From Setoptus koraiensis (Eukaryota; Animalia; Arthropoda), in contig CM106585.1 of the NCBI GenBank assembly GCA_048013815.1, forward strand, positions 20,026,001 to 20,090,000: a stretch of DNA of 64,000 nt. Reading direction: 5' to 3'. Under the pieces are notes generated by a model. That model saw nothing but the letters and a program-made list of their open reading frames with translations, was not told the origin of the DNA and searched no databases. Positions 9,501 through 20,500 of this stretch are shown here, piece after piece (the first letter of the stretch is position 1; each line of letters opens with the position of its first letter). The position numbers and the translations under genes are program-made.

Positions 9501-10790
9501 AATCGTCGGGCTTCGCTCGGCTCGGCGCTCTCGACTGGCCATTATTATTATGATTTATCGATTTATTCTCGTCGTTTCCATGCCACATTCATTGTGCGAG
9601 TGGCGAGTGGCCAGTTGTCAGTGGCCACCGACAACAAGCCCGCGATGCTCGCCCAAGTTTCATTTGCGCCGGCTGACTGTTATTATTTGATTTAGTGATT
9701 GCGCTCGCGGGCCGGCCGGCCGACGCGATATGCGATACGCTCGTCATGCCCATTGTGTCAGTTGCGCAGTGGTCAGCGAGCGCCGGACTGAATGGCCGGC
9801 GCTGGCAATTTGTCCGGCCAGTTTATATCATATCATATTATAGGCCGTCTGTTGGCTGTGGATGTGTAGCACTTGTTGAGCTCGTTATGTAAGGCACTCG
9901 AGTTGTGTGCGTTGCGTAACCGGCATCACCCGGCGCAACATCAGCCGGCGCAGCATTAGCCGGCGCAGCATCACCTGGCGCAGTATCACTGTGTTTGCGA
10001 TACTCAAACGCGAGGGGTCGCTCCGCTCGGCGAGGGATGGTCCAATCGCTGACCAGCGTAATCAGTGATTAGTCTAATCAGCAATCAGTGTAATCGGCGA
10101 ACGAGAGCGTGTGCATCGGCGCGCAGCCCAATTCTATCGCCGAAGCGCTAATTGGATCAGTTTAATTGGAACACTGGACGCCGGAGCAATGAGCATGACA
10201 AACAACACTTGTTGCCGACACAATGCGTTGCATAACTCATGTTTCAGTTGCTGATTGGTTGCGTCATTGATGTTATAGTTGCTGATTGGTGTCGCTGATT
10301 GGCGCTGTTTGATTGCAGTCGCTCGATCGCAGTCGCTCGATCGCAGTCGCTCGATTGCCGTGGCAGGCCAGCGACGCCAATCAGCACCACACGGCATCGC
10401 TATCACATTACCTGTACTATTGCGCAATGGTGTGTGTGCATTGCGCAATGGCCCGAAGCGATGCTGGCCGCAAGTTATGCCCGCTTGCCACGCTTGTGCT
10501 CACCGCTTGCGTTGCGTAACTTACTTTGTTAGCGCTGTTGCGAGTTGTCAGTGGTCATATAGTTATACAATAGTAGTATAGTTATATAATGCGCATAGTT
10601 ATGTAATGCGCATAGTTATGTAATACGCACATTGATGGCAGTAGTATAAGTAATAGTGTATTAGTAGTGCGATGGTGTGATGGCGTAATAACGTCAAAAT
10701 ATAAATATAAATAGGCTGTCGGATAGGTGAATAAACGGTGCTGTGTGTCGACCGTCGCCGATCACACAGCTGATCGAGCTGTATGAATCG

Positions 10791-10853
10791 CATGATCATA
10801 TGATGATCATATGATCATACGATCATATGATCGTATGATCGTATGATCGTATG
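10791..10853. repeat. Self-complementary micro-array of GATCATAT/GATCGTAT units
   Basis: catgatcatatgatgatcatatgatcatacgatcatatgatcgtatgatcgtatgatcgtatg; contains perfect GATCATATGATC palindromes. Confidence 0.85.
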
Positions 10854-11180
10854 GTCAGACTGTGATCGAGTTGCCCGCTCATCAGCTGTTGTGAGCGGCC
10901 AGGCAGCGGTCAACGAGCATCGACAGGTAGTCACGACAGTGGCGACACACACACCCGATTGTTGAGAGATTGTTAAGAGTGCAGTGTTGCGTCATCGAGA
11001 TACTTGTGTCGCTCGCAGCAACAGCATCACCACCGGCAACAACAACAACAACAACAACAACAACAGCAACAACAACAGCGACAACAATGGATCGCTCGTC
11101 AAAATATTGTTCGTCTGGCCTGCAGCAGCGGCCCTGCGCACAGCTCACCTCACAGCTGACCAACGCTCTCTCACAACTGG

Positions 11181-11260
11181 CTCACCTGAGCTCACCTGTG
11201 CTCACCTGAGATCACCTGAGATCACCTGAGCTCACCTGAGATCAGCTGAGCTCACCTGTG
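11181..11260. repeat. 8 x 10-bp tandem array, consensus MTCACCTGAG (E-box in every unit)
   Basis: ctcacctgag ctcacctgtg ctcacctgag atcacctgag atcacctgag ctcacctgag atcagctgag ctcacctgtg. Confidence 0.95.
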
Positions 11261-11285
11261 TGCCTCATACAGCACTGTAAAGCAG

Positions 11286-11317
<32 letters not shown>

Positions 11318-14300
11318 CTTGAATTGTTGTTGCGTAATCGCGCCAGAAGCAAGCGATCCTGTGGCAGACACATTAGAGTGGATTAGCCGGATTGAGCACT
11401 GACAATACTTGTGAGTGAGTGGCCATACAATACGCACAATATACAATAATCCCATTTGTTGGTCGCGACACTGTCTCTCTCTCTCTCCGGCCACACACTG
11501 ATAATCGTCGGCTTGACCACTCGAGTTGTCTCTGATATTCTCTCATATTTGCATCTCATCCGCTCGCCACTCGGCTCATGCCGGCCAGCCAACAGCGCCA
11601 TCCATGCAACAAGTGCTGGCTGCCCGGCGATGCCGGCCGACAATTGTCGGCCGGAATTGTGGCGCAATTTTAAAATTCGAGCCAATTGGCTAATGGAAGC
11701 GGGCGGCCCCGTTCTTGCGGCCGCATACCTACAATTGCGATTCGGCGGCGCATAATTCGCATGGGCGCATAATTCCGAGCGCATTTCCACTTTTGGCGAG
11801 CTCTTGCTTGTGCGTTCTCGACTCGAGAATATCGAGCGCTTTCTCGCCGCTCGCTCGCTCGCCCGACCGAGCGGCCGGCAGCGAAAGAGTTGCTGCCGGC
11901 CGCTCGGTTGCTGGTCCAACGGCAGCCCTCATCTTCATTGCTGTGCCGCGGCCGGAGCCGACGAAGCCGACGAAGCCAAAGAATCGCGAAGAATCGCGAA
12001 GCAGCGCACACAAGCCAACGACTCGGAGCCGCTCAAATCGGAGCCGGCTCGACTCGGAGTGGCTCGAATGGAGCCGCTTCGGTCGCGGGCTGCCCCCGCT
12101 CGAAGCGGCGACCCTCGGCAGCGGGCAGCGGACAGCAGCAACAAAGAGAACAACGAGATTTTGAATCTATATCGTTGCCGGACAAGCGCGCCAAACCAGT
12201 TAAGCGCTCTAATGGAGGCAAGCGGGCAACTCGTTTGCCGTTGTTGCAATTGCGCAACAATGGCAACTTGTGGCGAGCCCTTTAGTTTCTAGTTTTGTTG
12301 GCCGCCGGTTATAGTTTAGTTTGGCCGGTTGCGCGGATGTCGCTGTTGGCGTTGTTGTTGGCTGCTTGCGCGGTATAGTTTGGAGTGTTCAAGTGGTTGC
12401 CGTTGTTGCCGACCTGGCGTCAACAACAACAACGGCGGCAGCGACGGCAACAACGGCAACGACGGCAACAACAACGGCAACAACGACGCAACAACAAAAA
12501 CGACGGCAACAACGGCAACAACGACGCAACAACGACAGCAACAACAAAGAGCGCTCGCCATTATGATTATTATGGTCATCTTCGCCGGCATAAAGTATTG
12601 ATGTGATTGAAAATTGGACCTTGCCGGCGCCACTGGCCGCACTAATAAGTAATAGCAGCATACACTAATAAGTAATAGCAGCAGATACCAATGAGTAATA
12701 GTAGGGCACACGGTGCCGAGCGTTCGGACGGCGCCCGAGAGCGGCCAGCGTCGGTCAGTCGGCCGTTCGGACGCTCGGACGCTCGGACGCTCGGACGCTC
12801 GGACAGGTAGAGGGACGGACGCAACAATGAGCAAGACACATTAACATAATCAGATTGGTCATTTAATGAGCATTTTTCAAACGAGAGACCGGTCGCCACG
12901 GTTAGGCCGGCGCGGCTGGCATGCCAGTCGCGCAAATTGGCCCTCTTTGGCTCTTTGGCTCTGTCGCTGTCGCGCTCTCTCGTTATTTCGAGTGGCCAGT
13001 TTACCTGGGCCGCTCGCCCGAGCGTCCGCCGGCGCGGCTCACCTGAGCCGATGCCCGGTCGGCCGCGGCTCAGCTGATGGTGCCACTCCGCTCACTGACA
13101 ATATGCCCCTTGCGTCGCGCTCTTGCGTAACTCGCATACCGTGCGGATATGATTGACCGCTCTCCGCTTTCTGCTCTCTGCTGTCGCTGCGCCACCGCTC
13201 TGGCGCTCTCCGGCGCTCGCTGCCGGTCGCCGCGCTACGGGTCTGCGCCATCCGCCGGGTATGCGCCGTCGGCCGGGTATGCGCCGTCCGACGCGACGGG
13301 CCGGCAGCAACGGCACAAATGGCAACAACGGCAACAACGGCAACAGCGGCAACGACGGCGGCAGCGCAACAATGAGCACACAACCCGGCCAATGATTATC
13401 ATCGCGAGCGGCCATGAGAGTGGACAGAGAGCCGCTGAGAGAGAGACAGACCGATCTAGTCTAGTCACACACTTTTCGTTGCGTAATCGCGGCGGGCAGA
13501 GTGGCGCTCGGCGCGACGGGCCGGGCCGACAAATTGAGGAAGCGCCGACTCGGCGCGCTCGGTCGCTCGCCGAAGGTCTCCTCATTCTAATTTATATATT
13601 CTATTAGAGAGAAAACAATTCAATTTATTAGACCAATTAGACGGTACCGGCCCGGCGCAAGTGACGGCCCGGCGCAAATGACGGCCCGACGCAAGTGACG
13701 GCCGCGCCGGCCGCGACCGTCGCAAATGCCATTGTGGTCGTTTGTCAGTTGTGTCCATTGTGACGCTCACACACTCGCACTGTGTGCTCTTTATCTGGCC
13801 GCCATCTTGTAATTGTTTCAAATTGATTGAATTAGTACACACTCTGTCGGCTGGCCCACAATTTGCGTCGCAATTGGAATCGCATGTCCACTCAAACTTG
13901 GCTGATTGCGCAATGTTGCGCTGTTGCGCAATGTTGCGCTCGGGCCGGCCCGAAGACCACGTTACGCACACACTCACTGCACATCGCATACACAACCGGC
14001 CAAGACGGCGCTAAACAGCAGCATTAGCAGCGCAAACACACCGTTGCGTCACACAGGTGAGTGGTCAGCAGCACAGGCAATCGCGAAACGCGGACAGGTA
14101 AGGCTCAGGTGAGCGACAGGTAAGCGACAGGTACGGCACCGGCCAGCGCCACGCACTCACTGGACAGCGTCTCACTGGACAGTGTCTCACTGGACAGTGT
14201 CCGTGCGCTGGCTGCGGCCGCCGACGGGCCAGTGGGCACTGTCCAGCGCGGCCGATGGACACAGTTCGGCACGGCCAATGGACACTGTCCGGCACTGTTG

Positions 14301-16740
14301 AGCAACCGGTGACGAGAACGCAGCGACAGACGGTAAATAATTTGGCGCAAGTTCTCACATGCGCTCGACGCGCAATTGCACGCCAGTTGGCACTTGCGGC
14401 CGTGAGTTTGCGCGGCGCAGCCGCGCCCGAGCCGCGCCGAGTGCCGCGTCGGGTGACCTTCGCCGCTTCGACCGACCGCCTTCCCGCGAGCACCGTCCAC
14501 TGATCGCCGTCCACTGATCGCTGCCCACCGATCACTGCCCACTCATCACTGTCCACGCGGCGCTCTGGCCACCGTCCGAGCGGTCCGCCGGCCGGCCCGC
14601 CGACTCCCGGCCGGAAGGCCGGAGGTGGGCAGAGCGGGCAGCGGACTCCGCGGCCGGCGGGCAGAGAGCGCGAGCGTAATTAGGCAGGCAACCAATTGGA
14701 CGGTCCAGTTTCGCCAGCCAGTGGCGCGTCCGAGCAACAAGCTGGCCCCCTCGCGGTCGCTCAATGAGCGCTCATTAACTGGCCGGCCTGTCGCTGGGCA
14801 GCGAACGACATAGCAAAGATATGACATAATCTGACATGTGACCGTCGCTTCGCTTGCCTTCACTTTGCGATGATTAAAAATTATGTCGGCCGTTGGGGCT
14901 CCTTCGTCACACGGGCGCGCCGTGAGCGAGCGCAACGACACCGCGGCTCATGTCGCTCGCCGGCCGCCAATGGAGGCAAGGTCAGCGCGTCGCGGCTCAA
15001 GGCCGCCGCGTGCGAACGCACGGGGGGCCGCCGCCTATCAATTAGAGCACTCGGTCTCGCTCTGGCCGCCCTAATCCTGCCCCCATCATGCCGCGTTATA
15101 TCATGACTCGTTACGTCATGACTCGTTATATGTGTGCCGCTCTGACAGCGTGTATGTTACCGGCCCGGCCGGGGGCGCCGCCTCCGTTGGCGCGGCGCGT
15201 TGCGCCTCGCGTGACCGGGCGCGCTCGAACCGAACGCGGACCGAGCCCGGCCAAGCGCGATCCGGCGCAACCGGGCCGGCCGCGCGCTGCCCGATTATTT
15301 CACTCGCCTCGCTGTCTCGTCGAGTTCGCGTCGCGTCGAGTTCGCGTCTCGTCGTTCGCCATCGTCGGGCGTCGGCACGATTTTTGCACGTAGCACGCGC
15401 AAACACGGACACGGCCATTCTCGCCAGCGCTGTCACGTGTTCTGGCGCGCACTTTCAAGTTGAAAGTTGCAAGTTGAAAGTTTCAATTAGAAAGTTTCAA
15501 CGAAAGCGGGCGAGCCGGCGGGTGAGGCCCGCTGCAAATTTGTCCAATCGCACATTGTAATATCTCACCCGATACCGAGCTCGGTGGGCGCGCGCCTGTG
15601 GCACGCGCAGGGGGCAGAGAAAGAGGCGCCAGTTTCAAAGTTTCGCGAGCGACAAAATTCGAGGCTGCGCGAGCGACGAAATTCGAAGCCGCGCGAGTGA
15701 CCAAGATCAATTCTGTGGGAGAATGTCGCCCGTTCCGAGCGCTCGATGGGAGGCGGCTCGTTGCGGCCAGTTGCGGCTGAGGGGCCAGCCGCACGCGGCG
15801 ACGCGCTGGTGACTCACAGGTGAGCTGGTGACTCACAGGTGAGCTGGTGACTTACAGGTGAGCTGGCGAGTGTTGCGCAACGACCTGTGATGTGTCGGCC
15901 GTTGGCAGCCCGAGCACGATATGGCAATTGACGGACGGCGTCTCGCACATTGCGAGCGCTCCATTTGAGAGCGACTCGCCGAGAGCTGGTGTGGCCCGCT
16001 GTCGATAGGGCGCGTCAATGAGCCGAGCGACGGGCGGTCTTGGCAAACCATTGAGTGAGCGTCAGATGCGCATGCTGTGGCCGTATGCATATCGCTTCGT
16101 GTTACACTTGTTGCAAGCGGACTGTTTATGGGCAGCATAGGTGTTACTATTAGCACACTGTTACATAACGAGTCGCACCTGATTCACCTGTCCATTGTGG
16201 CGAGCGATCGCACATTAAATGATGGTGCCAAATCGCTGTAGCAAATAGTGCAAATAGTGACGTAATGGCGCCACAAGCGCCCGTCGTCGCGTCGATGCTG
16301 GCCGCAGAATCGTTCGCTCCAACGATCAAATGGCCGAGTGGTCAAACGGCCAAATGGCGCGTGATTCGTTGATTTGATAACTGCCGGCGACCGCCAGCGG
16401 CCGGCGATCGGCAGCGGCCGGCGACCGGCAACAATGCCCCACCGACAACGCTCACCCAGCGCTGTCACGGACGGCGGCCACTGACGGCCGCACCGACACT
16501 GACCAATAGCTAACAGGGCGCAACAGGTTGACGGCGTCACACGATCTACCTGTTGCCGCGGCGCGCCGCATGCAGCGCCGGACATAGCGCCCCTGGCGCA
16601 GTCGTGTTGCGCTCGGCCAAACTGTTGCCACAGTTTGTTGGCGTCTCGCCAGCGCATATATCACACTCTTACGCAATACATTATATAACAAATGTTGTGT
16701 GTTATGTAACGTGAGCGCAATATTAACAGTGCAAGGCCTA

Positions 16741-16836
16741 TATGCATTGCGATATGTATCACGATATGCATTGCGATATGCATTGCGATATGTATCGCGA
16801 TATGCAGTGCGATATGTATCGCGATGTGTATTGCAG
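16741..16836. repeat. 8 x 12-bp tandem array TATGYATYGCGA
   Basis: Units tatgcattgcga, tatgtatcacga and tatgtatcgcga, in register from 16741. Confidence 0.9.
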
Positions 16837-17360
16837 CGCACGACGCGTGAATTTCAACGCTGGAAACAAAATCAAAGCACCACTGACACTTGTCCGTCAG
16901 CTGACTGACCACACAGGCCAACGAAGCCTGTAAGTAGATCAGCTGGGCTTGCGATCGCTCGCTGGCGCGCACTGACACTGTCGGCCCGCAATTTGCATAT
17001 GCAAATTAGCACCGCATTAGCTCATGCCGCATATTATTGCGTAATACACATTACAACATATTAGGTGCATATATCATTGCGCATTTTATATTGTGTGCCG
17101 AGTGTGTGTGTGTGTGTGTGTGTGCGAGAGCATCACCGAGGCGTGATGCTTCGAACCGAATGCCTCGGCGTCCCAGCGTCTCAATGCCTCAGCGTCTCAA
17201 CGTCCGAATGTCTCAACATCTCAGCGTCAGAATGTCTGAATGGCCGAATGGTAATTGACTGGACTAAATATTCGGCTGAGTGTCGGCCATTTATTGGCCC
17301 GTTCGGCCGTCGGTTTGGCGGGCGCGAACCTGCGCCGGCATCGGCCCAAGTTGGCAGAAA

Positions 17361-17510
17361 TCAGCTGATGCTGGCCGGAGTCAGCTGATGCTGGCCGAAA
17401 TCAGCTGATGTTGGCTGATATCGGCCGAAATCGGCCGATATCAGGCGACCACCTAATATCAGCCGATAGTCGGGCAGGCCAATATCGGCCTGATATCGGC
17501 CAGATATCGG
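17361..17510. repeat. 3 x 20-bp repeat with TCAGCTGA E-box, followed by a perfect 14-bp inverted repeat and GATATCGGCC stutters
   Basis: tcagctgatgctggccg.. at 17361, 17381 and 17401; CTGATATCGGCCGA-aa-TCGGCCGATATCAG at 17415-17444. Confidence 0.9.
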
Positions 17511-20500
17511 CGCAGTCGAACGAATGAATCATGAATGAATTGCGTCGGATCGCGGAATTGATTGGTCGGAATCAATTCATCGAATCGAATTCAATTCAGC
17601 TTTCGATGTGAATCGATCGCGACCGGCGATTAAAACAATGTACAAACATCAGCATTTATTGGGCTGCCCAACAAGCCCAACAAGCCCGACAAGCCCGACA
17701 AGCCCAATGGGTCGGCTTGTATCGGCCCGACAACAATATAAACGATAATAATGCCTCACAATATCCGCCGTTGACTGTTTGTGGCATCGCTTCGACGGGC
17801 CATCTATAATAGATAAATAACTAATAACTATAATAGATAAATAGCAGTAGTTAAGCGTATTATAGTGACGGGCTCGGTCGAATTGCAGCGACTTTTGCCG
17901 GGCGGCCGCGACGCGAGGGCAACAAGTGCAGCGACGCTGCCTAGTGATGATTTAATCACTATTTAATTTAACGACCCGAGCGACCCGAGCGGCTCACAGC
18001 GATGAGCGGCCGAGTGAGCCGCTTATCCCGGCCGGCCGGCGCTTGCGATCGCCCGCACAGTTGGTGGGCTCTCGTTGGCCGTTGGCCGGCGGGCCAGTTA
18101 CACATTCGAATTACACATCTGAATTACACATCTGAATTACACATTTGAATGATATTAAAACAACACTTAGCCAACAACAACCGCGCCAGCGGCAGCCCGA
18201 CACCGAGCTCGCTCACAACAAGCCGGCGACGCGGTTTAATTGTTGCCGCCGTTCAACTGTATCACGGCTCGGCTCGGACGGCCGCTCGACGCTCACCTGA
18301 ATCCTCGCACGGCCGCCAGGTGAGCCGCTCAGGTGAATCGTGGACGCTCGGGTGTTCGCTCAGGTGACCGACGCGGCTAATACGATAGACGATGCCAACA
18401 ATGCGCCGGCGACACAACAAAGAATCGTTCTGTATATATGATATATATTGCGGCGTTCGTGTCGGCCGACGGCGGCCATAAACTATCTCACACACGAATA
18501 TCAAATCAAGCGCCGGACTTAATTAACGACTGGCAACTTGTTGCTCGCATTGTTCTCTAGCCGGCCCGAGCCACGTTTATCCACGAGTTTATCCGCTGGA
18601 ATGTGCGCCGCTACCGGCGCTCAGGCCGCCGACTAACCGCCGGCCGGCCGGCCGGCCGAAAGTCGCTGCAATGGCGGCCTGAGCGCCGCAGGAATTTGAA
18701 TGAATTTTAATGAATTGCGCGCCTGATCCTAATTGACCCGAGCGGCCCGGCGAGCGCAGGCGGACCGCGTCGGGAGCGACCACTGGCCGAGACAGCTCAA
18801 TTACGCACATTGGCACACATACGCACAGTGACAGGCACACTGCGCCGAGCAGCGACACGCAGATCAACTGAAATTGTTGCTGAAATTGTTGTCACAACAA
18901 TTGTGCTCCTCGGACAGGTGCCCTGCTCGCCGCGCCCGGATCTGTCACCCGGCCCGCGCACCCGTCCGCCCAGCGAGCGCCGCCGAGGCGCGCCCGACCC
19001 GTGCCCGGTGCTGTGGCCCCGGCTGCGGGCAGCGTCTCGCCGACGGTCCGACTCTCGAGCCGCTTCCGGTTTCGGACGGGTTGCATCCGGTGTGTGCAGA
19101 TTGTGCCCCCGTTTGCCCGTGTGACTCACAATCTATGAGCACGCAAATTGTTGAGCGCATCTGCACGCTGCTCGCGCAAGTTCATCCCGTCATCGGGTCT
19201 GTCGTCGGCCCGAGAATCTCGGCCAGCGGTTTGTTGTGGCCGCTTTATCAGGGCCCGCTGGTTCGAAATTAGAACGAGACACTAGATGCGCTCAACGGGC
19301 GGGTGCGGCGGTTTGCGTCGGGCGCACTAGCAATCAAACTAATGCAACATCGACGGGACACAGGTAATGGCAGCATCGCGTCGCGGCACCAGTTTCTCTT
19401 GTCGTGCTCGCGACCGTTATCTGTTTGCCGGCCGGCCGGCCGGCGCTTTTCACCTGCGCGCCCCGCGTTGCAACTGCCAGTGCCACCGGACACGCCGCTC
19501 GGCCGTTCGGTCGTTCGGTCTTTTGGCCGAACGGAGGCGAACCGGCCAAACTGGCCGCTAGCCGGCCAAGCGACTGACCCGAGCACCAGCAAAGAGCGGC
19601 CCGAGCACCTGCAATAAGCGGCCCGTGCGACCAGCGAGGAGCGACTTGTGCGCGCCCCGCAAACGAGAGCGCGGCCCAGTTGAGGAAATGGGGCCGTCAG
19701 TCGGGCCTCGGGCCGCCGCCCGCTGCCGGTGGCTGCGAGCGGCCACTTGTGGCCGGCAACCTGCGCGCCGACGCACGCCGACGCACGCCGAAGGAGCCAG
19801 AGCCGATCGAGTGGCCGACTTGATGCGCACGGGATGGCCGCTCGATGCGCCCAAGTCGCCGGATGCGCACAAGTTGCCGTCACAAGTGAGCGCCCATTTT
19901 TCACCTGCGCCCCTCGCTGTTGATTATTATGTGCGCTCCCGTTGGGCCGGCTCGGCCCGCTGTCTGGCGCGTCGTCCCGCAGAGGGCACTGGAACGGCCG
20001 CACGAGAGGCCGGCGAAGTGGCCGCGCGAGAGGCTAAAGCAGCGGCCGCAACGAGGGCACCCGAGCAGCCGTTTCGCGGCGCCCGTTCCGGCGTCGCGCA
20101 ACAATTGCGACCGGATGGCCGGCGAGCCGACGAGATGCCGGCAGAAGCCGGGGCAAGCGACGAGCCGAGAAGCCGAGAAGCCAAGCAAAGAAGCCGCGAG
20201 AAGCGAGCGACTTAATTGAGCGGGCCTAATGGCGCGGCCGGCGAAGACAATGGTGGCGACCATCACGGCCGCAAGCCGAGCAAGGTGAGCAAAGTGAGCG
20301 AAATGAGCGAAGTGAGCGAAATGGCGAGTCCGCGCCGGCCAAAGTCCGATTCGCGGTCCGAGAATCTCGGAGCTTCGGGTTGGCAGTTTAGCGCCGCAGT
20401 TCGGCCAAACTGCCACTTGATTGACATTGTTCGGCCGGGCCGGCGAGCGGCGGCCAAATGCGTGACCGTCATGCGCTCCGCTGGCCGTGCGAGCGAGCGC

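Noticed and set aside
20285-20295. GTGAGCAAAGT matching the start of miR-87
   Set aside because: It is one unit of a 9-bp tandem stutter with no hairpin.
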